From Bacteroidales bacterium (GTDB lineage Bacteria > Bacteroidota > Bacteroidia > Bacteroidales > VadinHA17), in contig JAXDBV010000015.1 of NCBI GenBank assembly GCA_034678415.1, forward strand, positions 1 through 54,552: DNA of 54,552 nucleotides. The letters run 5' to 3'. Position numbers and translations under genes: made by a program. Of this stretch, positions 10,039 through 17,820 are shown one piece after another. The stretch's first letter is position 1. Each line of letters opens with the position of its first letter. The notes under the pieces are model-generated. The model had not been told where the DNA came from. It made no database searches and saw nothing but the letters and a program-made list of their open reading frames with translations.

Positions 10039-10097
10039 TACACCGGCGTCGTGTACGCCTCTGCAAAGGATAATCGCCTGATTTTAAGTGTTTTATA

Positions 10098-13000
10098 ATG
10101 GGTCCTTATACGCATCTGCATGTACATACGCAATATTCCATCCTCGACGGGGCATCGTCCATCCCCGGCATAGTCAATAAGGCAAAGGAAGACGGAATGA
10201 CGGCCGTTGCCATCACCGATCATGGAAACATGTTCGGAGTAAAGGAATTCTATAACCATTGCCTGAAGCAGGGTATTAAACCCGTCATCGGATGCGAGGT
10301 GTACGTGGCCAAAAACGGAAGGAAGAACCAGAAGGAAAAGGACGACCGGGCCGGTGATCACCTCATCTTGCTGGCAAAAAACAAGACCGGGTACCATAAC
10401 CTGGTAAAGCTTGTCTCCCTGGCATGGATTGAAGGGCATTACTACAAACCACGGATCGACAAGGAGTTGCTGGCCCAGTACAGGGAAGGGATCATGGTAT
10501 CCACCGGGTGCCTGGGCGGTGAGGTGCCACAGGCCATCCTGAACCTGGGCGAGGAGAAAGCTGAGAAGCTGGTGCTGCAGTTCAGGGAGCTGTTCGGCGA
10601 GGATTTCTATCTTGAATTGCAGCGCCACCGTACCGGCGATCCCGACGTTGACAATGATACCTTTGCCCGCCAGGAGATCGTGAACAACACCCTGTTAAGG
10701 CTGGCCAGGAAACATAAAATAAAACTGGTAGCAACCAATGATGTACACTTCATCAATGCCCCCGATGCCGAGGCCCATGACCGTCTTATCTGCCTGAACA
10801 CAGGGACCGAGCTTGACGATCCCACCCGCATGCGTTATACCAAGCAGGAGTATTTCAAAACACGCGCGGAGATGTACGAGCTGTTCCGTGATATCCCCGA
10901 AGCCTTGGAAAATACAGAAGAGATCGTGAACAAGGTGGAAGTATACAATCTGAACAGGAATCCTATCCTGCCTGTCTTCCCCCTGCCCGAAGGATTCGGG
11001 GATGAAGATGAATACCTGAGGCACCTGACATATGAGGGAGCCGCCCTGAGATACGGAACGATCAGCGACGAGATCAGGGCTCGCATCGATTTCGAGCTCG
11101 ATGTGATACGGAAGATGGGCTACCCGGGGTATTTTCTTATCGTGCAGGATTTTCTCCGTGCAGCCCGTGAGATGGGCGTGTCGGTCGGTCCCGGACGGGG
11201 ATCAGCCGCCGGTTCAGTGGTGGCTTACTGTACCCGTATCACCGATGTCGACCCGCTAAAATATGACCTCCTGTTTGAACGATTCCTCAATCCCGACAGG
11301 ACTTCCCTTCCCGATATTGATATCGATTTTGATGAGGACGGGCGTGAGCAGGTGCTCGAGTGGGTGGTTAAAAAATACGGTAAGGACAAGGTGGCCCAGA
11401 TCATCACCTTCGGCACCATGGCCGCCAAAATGGCCATACGTGATGTGGGCAGGGTACAGAAGCTGCCGCTGGCTGAAGCCGACAGGCTTGCCAAGCTTGT
11501 ACCTGAACGCCCGGGCATCTCTCTCAGACATACCTATGATGAAATACCCGAGCTGAAACAGGCGCGTGAATCGACCAATGACCTGATCGCCTCCACCCTC
11601 AAGTATGCTGAGATCCTGGAAGGATCGGTGCGCCATACCGGTATCCATGCCTGCGGGGTGATCATCGGAAGGGATAGCCTCATCGACCATATACCCGTCT
11701 GTACTTCCAAAGACACCTCGTACCTGGTTACCCAGTATGATGGAGACCATATCGAAAGCGTGGGCATGCTCAAAATGGATTTCCTCGGGCTCAAAACCCT
11801 TTCGATCATCAAGGATACGGTGGCGAATATCCGGAAGTCGAGGGGGATCGATATTGATGTCAGCCGCCTGCCGTTGGATGATCAGGCCACCTATGACCTG
11901 TACAGCCGGGGTGAGACCACTGGTCTGTTCCAGTTTGAGAGCGTGGGTATGAAACGCCACCTGAGGGAGCTCAAACCCAACCGTTTTGAGGACCTGATAG
12001 CGATGAACGCGTTGTACAGGCCGGGCCCCATGGAATATATCCCCAGTTATATTAACCGCAAGCACGGGATTGAGAAAGTGCATTTCGAGCTGCCCGTGAT
12101 GGAGAAGTACCTGAAAGACACCTATGGCATCACCATCTACCAGGAACAAGTGATGCAGTTGTCGCAGGCCATGGCAGGCTTCACGGCCGGCGAGGCCGAT
12201 TCTCTGCGCAAGGCTATGGGAAAAAAGAAGAAGGATGTAATGGACCGGTTAAAGGAAAAGTTCCTGGAGGGCTGCGCCGGTAACGGGTACAACAGGGAAA
12301 TCAGTGAAAAGATTTGGCGTGACTGGGAGGCCTTTGCACACTATGCCTTCAATAAGTCGCATTCCACCTGTTACGCCCTAGTCTCTTACCAGACCGCTTA
12401 CCTCAAAGCCCATTATCCGGCCGAGTTCATGGCCGCAGTGCTGAGCCGTAATATCAGTGACATCAAGAAGATCACCACCCTGATGGATGAGACGCGGAGG
12501 ATGGGGATCCAGGTGCTGGGGCCGGATATCAATGAGAGCCATATCAAGTTTACCGTGAACAGGGAAGGACATATCCGTTTCGGGCTGGGCGCTATCAAGG
12601 GGGTAGGCGAATCGGCAGCCAATACCATTATTGAAGAACGTGAGCTCAACGGCCCTTTCACCAGTATATTCAACTTTGTTGAACGGGTAAAGCTCACCAC
12701 GGTGAACAAGAAGAACCTGGAAGCGCTGGCCGCCGCCGGCGCCTTCGACACCTACCCCGACATATCGCGCGGACAGTACTTCGCCTCTGACACCAAAGGC
12801 GTGTCATTCATTGAGAACCTGGTGAGGTACGGTAATATCTTCCAGAGCAAGGAGAATGCATCGCAACCCTCCCTCTTCGGGGGAGAAGGCGCGCCTGCTA
12901 TCGCCCGTCCCGAAATACCCCGCTCCGACAACTGGTCCAATCTCGAGCGGCTAAACAAGGAAAAGGAACTGGTGGGTATCTACCTCTCCGCTCATCCTCT

Positions 13001-13583
13001 CGATGATTACCGCCTGGAAATAGAACATTTTTGCAATACCGACCTGTCGGAATTTCAGGACCTTCGTAACCTGATGAACAGGGAGATAACGGTGGCCGGT
13101 ATCGTTACCGAAGTACGGAACGGTACCACAAAGAACGGCAACCCCTATGGTTCACTCACCCTGCAGGATTATACCGATTCTTACCGGTTCACCTTCTTCT
13201 CCAATGATTATGTCAACTTCAATAAATTCTTCACGGAAGGGTTCTTCCTGTTGATTACCGGAAAAGTACAATCACGGTTCAATGATCCCGGTCAGCTTGA
13301 GTTTAAGGTGAAGAATATCAACCTTCTCTCCACCGCAAGGAATGAACTGATTCAGTCAATAACCCTACACATCCCCCTCCACCTGGTCAATGATGAATTC
13401 ATCAGCCAGCTGAACAGGGCGATCGGTGATGCCAGGGGAAATGTAAAAATCGGTTTCACCATCTATGATCCCGCCGAGAAGCACAGCGTGGAAATGTTTT
13501 CCCGTTCAAGGAAAGTGGAGATCACGGCAGAGCTTCTCCGTTTCCTGGAAAAAAACCATGAAGTTGAGTTTACGGTGAAATAA
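10098..13583 (+). CDS. dnaE: DNA polymerase III alpha subunit
   Basis: 1161 aa. N-terminal PHP domain (HLHVHTQYSILDG), then polymerase core, HhH and OB-fold regions. Collinear with DnaE throughout. Confidence 0.97.
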   Translation: MGPYTHLHVHTQYSILDGASSIPGIVNKAKEDGMTAVAITDHGNMFGVKEFYNHCLKQGIKPVIGCEVYVAKNGRKNQKEKDDRAGDHLILLAKNKTGYHNLVKLVSLAWIEGHYYKPRIDKELLAQYREGIMVSTGCLGGEVPQAILNLGEEKAEKLVLQFRELFGEDFYLELQRHRTGDPDVDNDTFARQEIVNNTLLRLARKHKIKLVATNDVHFINAPDAEAHDRLICLNTGTELDDPTRMRYTKQEYFKTRAEMYELFRDIPEALENTEEIVNKVEVYNLNRNPILPVFPLPEGFGDEDEYLRHLTYEGAALRYGTISDEIRARIDFELDVIRKMGYPGYFLIVQDFLRAAREMGVSVGPGRGSAAGSVVAYCTRITDVDPLKYDLLFERFLNPDRTSLPDIDIDFDEDGREQVLEWVVKKYGKDKVAQIITFGTMAAKMAIRDVGRVQKLPLAEADRLAKLVPERPGISLRHTYDEIPELKQARESTNDLIASTLKYAEILEGSVRHTGIHACGVIIGRDSLIDHIPVCTSKDTSYLVTQYDGDHIESVGMLKMDFLGLKTLSIIKDTVANIRKSRGIDIDVSRLPLDDQATYDLYSRGETTGLFQFESVGMKRHLRELKPNRFEDLIAMNALYRPGPMEYIPSYINRKHGIEKVHFELPVMEKYLKDTYGITIYQEQVMQLSQAMAGFTAGEADSLRKAMGKKKKDVMDRLKEKFLEGCAGNGYNREISEKIWRDWEAFAHYAFNKSHSTCYALVSYQTAYLKAHYPAEFMAAVLSRNISDIKKITTLMDETRRMGIQVLGPDINESHIKFTVNREGHIRFGLGAIKGVGESAANTIIEERELNGPFTSIFNFVERVKLTTVNKKNLEALAAAGAFDTYPDISRGQYFASDTKGVSFIENLVRYGNIFQSKENASQPSLFGGEGAPAIARPEIPRSDNWSNLERLNKEKELVGIYLSAHPLDDYRLEIEHFCNTDLSEFQDLRNLMNREITVAGIVTEVRNGTTKNGNPYGSLTLQDYTDSYRFTFFSNDYVNFNKFFTEGFFLLITGKVQSRFNDPGQLEFKVKNINLLSTARNELIQSITLHIPLHLVNDEFISQLNRAIGDARGNVKIGFTIYDPAEKHSVEMFSRSRKVEITAELLRFLEKNHEVEFTVK

Positions 13584-13601
13584 TTATCTAAATAATTATC
13601 T
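13578..13601 (+). repeat. Perfect tandem 12-mer AAATAATTATCT x2 spanning the dnaE stop and the trxA promoter
   Basis: Copy 1 (13578-13589) contains the dnaE TAA. Copy 2 (13590-13601) supplies the TATC of the TATCTTTG box. Confidence 0.9.
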
Positions 13602-13604
13602 TTG
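13597..13604 (+). promoter_or_regulatory. -7 promoter box TATCTTTG for trxA
   Basis: Exact TAnnTTTG, 43 nt upstream of the ATG at 13647. Confidence 0.5.
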
Positions 13605-13646
13605 TCGCACCCGGGTAAAAAATTATTAAATGAAATAATATACACC

Positions 13647-13964
13647 ATGGTAATAGAACTAACCGAAGCGAATTTCGATGAGATCGTCCTTAAGTCAGAC
13701 AAGCCTGTACTGGTAGATTTCTGGGCTGAGTGGTGCGGACCCTGCAGGCTTGTTGGCCCGCTGGTGGAAGAGATCAGTGTCGATTACGGCGAACGCACCG
13801 TTGTCGGTAAAGTGGATGTGGACAGCAATCCCGGCATCGCCATGAAGTTCGGGATACGAAACATACCCACCCTTCTGTTTTTCAAAAACGGACAGATAGC
13901 TGACAAGCAGGTGGGAGCCGTTCCCAAGGCCAACCTCATCACCAAGCTGGAAGCCTTACTATAG
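13647..13964 (+). CDS. trxA: Thioredoxin
   Basis: 105 aa from the ATG at 13647. Active site WAEWCGPC. The track ORF starts at an upstream TTG. Confidence 0.95.
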   Translation: MVIELTEANFDEIVLKSDKPVLVDFWAEWCGPCRLVGPLVEEISVDYGERTVVGKVDVDSNPGIAMKFGIRNIPTLLFFKNGQIADKQVGAVPKANLITKLEALL

Positions 13965-13985
13965 TTGAACCATATAACATAACTG

Positions 13986-14018
13986 AGGCATAAGAACACC
14001 TTATGCCTTTTCTTTTTT
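13986..14018 (+). terminator. Rho-independent terminator of trxA
   Basis: The 9-bp stem AGGCATAAG / CTTATGCCT has the loop AACAC and is followed by TTTCTTTTTTAT. Confidence 0.75.
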
Positions 14019-14603
14019 ATGTCGATCCGTCAGGCAACCGTTTTTTGTGCATCGAGTGCCAAGGTGGCCGATGTGTACTTTGAAGCCGCATGTTCCCTGG
14101 GCAAGCTTCTGGCGGCCCGGGGCATAACGCTTGTATACGGTGGCGGGGCTGTCGGACTGATGGGCGCCCTGGCCGACACCATGCTCCGTGAGGGCGGCAA
14201 GGTGATAGGCATCATCCCGCGTTTCATGGTCGAGGTGGAGTGGGGCCATCCTCACCTGACACAGCGTATCGAGGTGGAATCGATGCACCAGCGCAAGGAA
14301 CTGTTCCTCAGGGATACCGACGCCGTGATCGCTCTTCCCGGAGGATGCGGCACCATGGAAGAACTGATGGAAACAATCACATTCAAAAGGCTGGGATTAT
14401 TTACCAGACCCATCGTGATCATCAATACCATGGGATTTTTCGATCCGCTGATCGACCAGCTCGAACGAATGATCAGGGAGCGGTTCATGCGTCCCGAGCA
14501 CAGGATGATGTGGAATATCATCACTCATCCCGGTTTGCTCATGGATGCACTTGATAATGCCCATCCATGGGACAGCTCGGCACGCAATTTCGCCTCCGTA
14601 TGA
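14019..14603 (+). CDS. LOG-family (TIGR00730) nucleotide 5'-monophosphate nucleosidase-like protein
   Basis: Motifs GGGAVGLMG and PGGCGTMEEL are characteristic of the Lonely-Guy/LOG family. Confidence 0.85.
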   Translation: MSIRQATVFCASSAKVADVYFEAACSLGKLLAARGITLVYGGGAVGLMGALADTMLREGGKVIGIIPRFMVEVEWGHPHLTQRIEVESMHQRKELFLRDTDAVIALPGGCGTMEELMETITFKRLGLFTRPIVIINTMGFFDPLIDQLERMIRERFMRPEHRMMWNIITHPGLLMDALDNAHPWDSSARNFASV

Positions 14604-14606
14604 TCA

Positions 14607-17600
14607 TTACTTCGTAATCCTGGCGCCCATCACCAGTATATCATCCACCTGTTCATGGGGGCCGCGCCATTCTTCAATGGTTCTGTCCAGCTCTTCTTTC
14701 TGACGTTCAAGCGAAAGGTGAGCGATGGTTGTCAGAAGTTCTTTCATCGGTTTATACTTGAACTTACTTCCGTCGGCCCCTCCAAATTGATCGGCATAGC
14801 CGTCGGAGAAGAGGTATACCATATCTCCCGGTTTCACACTGATCCTGTGATTGGTAAACTTTCTGTCACTGACAGTGGCCGAACGTCCGATGGGAAAACG
14901 GTCGGCTTTGATCTCCGTAAGTTTTCCCCCACTGACAATATACAGGGGATTATAGGCTCCGGCATATTCCACCTCACCCGTTTCCTGGTGGATGGTTACG
15001 AGAGACATGTCCATCCCGTCTTTCACCTCGCCGTCCTCCGCCTGCTGGCTCAGGGTTTGTGTGATCTCCATGTTGAGCTGATCGAGGATGGACCCCGGCT
15101 CAGTGATATTGTATTCCTTCACGATCTTGTTCAGTGAGTTATAGCCGATGATCGACATAAAAGCCCCGGGTACTCCATGACCGGTACAATCGATGACAGC
15201 CAGTAACTGCTTGTTCTCAGTCCTTCCGAACCAGTAGAAATCGCCGCTGACAATATCCTTCGGCTTGAACATGACAAAAGTGTCGGCGAACGCGTTGACG
15301 GGCGGCAGGATAGCATTCTGTATACGCTTGGCATACCGTATGCTGTCGGTAATATCCTTGTTTTTCTGTTCCAGCTCCCTGCTTTTTTGCACCACCTCCG
15401 CCGTTCTTTCTGCTACCTTCTCCTCAAGGATGCGTTTTTCCCTCACGAGGTTTGCCTCACGCACCTTGATATACATGATCACCATTGAGAAACCTGCCAC
15501 GATACAAGCCAGGATGAACCACCATGCTTTATAGAAAGGCGGACGTATGGTGAAACCGTAGCTCACCGGCAGGGTATTCCAATTTCCCATGCTGTTGCGG
15601 GCTTTCACCCTGAAAGAATATTTACCTGGGGACAGAGCCGGATAAATAGCCCTTGTCTGGGTGGTGGGAGGTCTCCATTCTTCATCCGCCCCTTCCAGCA
15701 TCACCTGATAGATCACAGCATCGGGATTGGTAAGACAGATGCTGTTATAGTCGAACACGATGTTGCGCTGCCTGAATCCCAGCTTCACGTCGGGTTTCAT
15801 CTCAAAAGGCTGATAGTTGACCATCATACCGCGTATGTGGGTGAGTGGCTCGGGAACATCTTCCCTGATCAGGTCCGGATTATACCTGGTCACACCCAGC
15901 ACCGTTCCGAACCACATATTCCCGTCCCTGTCCAGCAGTGCGGCATTCGATTTTGTTTCAGTACCTACAAATCCGTTCTTGCTGGTATAGGTATAGAGTT
16001 TATGCTCGGCCGGCACATATTTATTGAGTCCCTTATTAGTACCAATATAGATATTCCCTGAACGGTCGCTGCTGATAAGGTTTACGGTGTTTGCCAGGAG
16101 TCCGTCTTTTTCTGTCAGGCGCATGACCACCGAATCACCGTTGAACAGATATACTCCCCGGGGCGTTCCTATCCACAGGTTCCCTTTGTGATCGCCCGTG
16201 ATAGCATTGGGCGTAAAATTCTTCTCTACGGGGAATATGGTAAACTCATACCGGTCATCCTTTCTGACACAACGGGTAAGTCCTTTCACTTGTGATCCTA
16301 TCCAGAGAACCCCTGCGCCATCGTAGTAGAGGGCAGAGATGACATTACCTGCAAGCCCGTCCTTCTGTACCAGGCGTTCTATATACCGGGTACTGATCTC
16401 ATAGTACCCCAGCCCTTCATTTGTACCGATCCACAGGTTATTCCGTTCGTCGATCTCGAGGGCTGTAATGATTCTGTCGGCATAGAGCCGGTCATTGATA
16501 TAATTATCATTTATGAACCGTCCCGTGTGCGAATCGTACTGAATCAGTCCTCCGCCCTGTGTGCCAATCCACATGTCACCTGTTTGATCTTCCCGGATGA
16601 ACCGGATCTTGTTTTCGATATACCTGTTTTCCTGGTGGTAATAGACAAACCGTTTATCGGCGGGCTGCAGGGGGTTGTAGACAGTAATACCGCCGTTGGT
16701 CCCGAACCAGTATTTTCCTGTTTTATCCTGGTGTATAGCCCACACGATGGGATTTCTCAACCCGTGGTCAGCGTCGATGGTTACAAACTGTTCACCTTTG
16801 AAGATATCAAGGCCGTGGTCATAGGTGGCGATAAGCATATTCCCTTCCCTGTCTTCCCTGATGCATTTGATCAGGTTGTCGTGCAGACCGTTGGTCATAT
16901 CATAGGTTTTCATCCGATCGCCGTCGAACACGGTGATTCCTCCCCCCCATGTACCGACCCATACCTGACCCTGCCGGTTTTCGGTAATACAGCTGATCCA
17001 GTTTTTCGCCAGGCCGTCCCTTTTGTCATAGATCTTCATCTCCCCTTTGGATGGTATCCAGCGGTAAAGGCCGCCGTTGTATGTACCGAACCACAGATCG
17101 CCGCGGCTGTCTTCGAACATGGTTATCTTCATCCAGTAGTGCGTCAGTTTGTCCAGGTCGAGGTTACGAAAAGCGGAGTCTGCAGGTTCGACTACACGTA
17201 TGCCAACATCCGTCAGGAAATAGAGTTTATTGTCACGGGTACGTGTCATGTGGAACACCTGGTCGCTGAGTCCCTGCCTTCCCCGGAACTGCAGATAGCC
17301 GAGCGCTCCGGATTGGGCAGACGGGTTATCAATACGGAACACGCCGGAGTTGGAGGTGGATATCCACAGTCGCCCCATATGATCCTGCATAAACCCTGTG
17401 ATGTCTCCTTTCATTTCTGCCCCGCTGAGGGTAATGATCTCGTACCGGTCATTCACCATACGGGTGATCCCGCCATCCAGGTGACCGAACCAGAGGATGC
17501 CTGCCGAATCCTCGAACAGGGTGAATACGCCTCCCTCGGCCAGACCATTCTCAGAACTGAGGTTGGTGAAGGTGACCCCGTCAAATTTTGAAACTCCCGC

Positions 17601-17807
17601 CTCGGTTCCCAGCCAGATATAATCATTCCTGTCCTGCATGATGCAGTAAACCTTCGAGGAACTTAACCCCTGTTCCACACCATACCGGTCAAAATAGTAA
17701 GTCTGTCCGGGCAGCCTGCCACACGGGAACAGCCACAGCCACAAAAAAAATATTCGCCACAAGTGGCGAATACTCTTGTTAACGAAAGGAATGGGAAAAA
17801 GAGACAT
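14607..17807 (-). CDS. Sensor protein: periplasmic beta-propeller (Reg_prop repeats) + Y_Y_Y domain, TM helix, coiled coil, C-terminal PP2C/SpoIIE phosphatase
   Basis: Many repeats of the (W/F)(I/F)GT..G(L/V)..(Y/F) type (WLGTEAGVSKF, WFGTYNGGLYRW, WVGTWGGGITVF, WIGTQGGGLIQY ...). Y_Y_Y-like block YQVMLEGADEEWRP...GKYSFRVKARN. TM helix WWFILACIVAGFSMVIMYI. SpoIIE motifs SGDFYWF, DCTGHGVPGAFMS and FSDGYADQFGG. The ATG at 17807 is preferred over the TTG at 17813. Confidence 0.85.
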   Translation of the reverse strand: MSLFPIPFVNKSIRHLWRIFFLWLWLFPCGRLPGQTYYFDRYGVEQGLSSSKVYCIMQDRNDYIWLGTEAGVSKFDGVTFTNLSSENGLAEGGVFTLFEDSAGILWFGHLDGGITRMVNDRYEIITLSGAEMKGDITGFMQDHMGRLWISTSNSGVFRIDNPSAQSGALGYLQFRGRQGLSDQVFHMTRTRDNKLYFLTDVGIRVVEPADSAFRNLDLDKLTHYWMKITMFEDSRGDLWFGTYNGGLYRWIPSKGEMKIYDKRDGLAKNWISCITENRQGQVWVGTWGGGITVFDGDRMKTYDMTNGLHDNLIKCIREDREGNMLIATYDHGLDIFKGEQFVTIDADHGLRNPIVWAIHQDKTGKYWFGTNGGITVYNPLQPADKRFVYYHQENRYIENKIRFIREDQTGDMWIGTQGGGLIQYDSHTGRFINDNYINDRLYADRIITALEIDERNNLWIGTNEGLGYYEISTRYIERLVQKDGLAGNVISALYYDGAGVLWIGSQVKGLTRCVRKDDRYEFTIFPVEKNFTPNAITGDHKGNLWIGTPRGVYLFNGDSVVMRLTEKDGLLANTVNLISSDRSGNIYIGTNKGLNKYVPAEHKLYTYTSKNGFVGTETKSNAALLDRDGNMWFGTVLGVTRYNPDLIREDVPEPLTHIRGMMVNYQPFEMKPDVKLGFRQRNIVFDYNSICLTNPDAVIYQVMLEGADEEWRPPTTQTRAIYPALSPGKYSFRVKARNSMGNWNTLPVSYGFTIRPPFYKAWWFILACIVAGFSMVIMYIKVREANLVREKRILEEKVAERTAEVVQKSRELEQKNKDITDSIRYAKRIQNAILPPVNAFADTFVMFKPKDIVSGDFYWFGRTENKQLLAVIDCTGHGVPGAFMSIIGYNSLNKIVKEYNITEPGSILDQLNMEITQTLSQQAEDGEVKDGMDMSLVTIHQETGEVEYAGAYNPLYIVSGGKLTEIKADRFPIGRSATVSDRKFTNHRISVKPGDMVYLFSDGYADQFGGADGSKFKYKPMKELLTTIAHLSLERQKEELDRTIEEWRGPHEQVDDILVMGARITK

Positions 17808-17820
17808 AAACAAGCATGTT

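Noticed and set aside
11256-12149. Long antisense or out-of-frame ORFs inside real genes. These include 297 aa in dnaE, 315 aa at 28109-29056 in mutB and 354 aa at 16527-17591 in the sensor gene. They also include 257 aa at 5836-6609 in the GT gene, 247 aa at 20419-21162 in ribD, 211 aa at 7433-8068 in the GIN-domain gene and 200 aa at 29814-30416 in the DUF4190 gene. The last is 250 aa at 53159-53911, opposite the PurC-like gene.
   Set aside because: The opposite-strand genes carry clear family motifs, while these ORFs have none. They show the Arg/Gly/Pro/His-rich composition typical of shadow frames in G+C-rich coding DNA.
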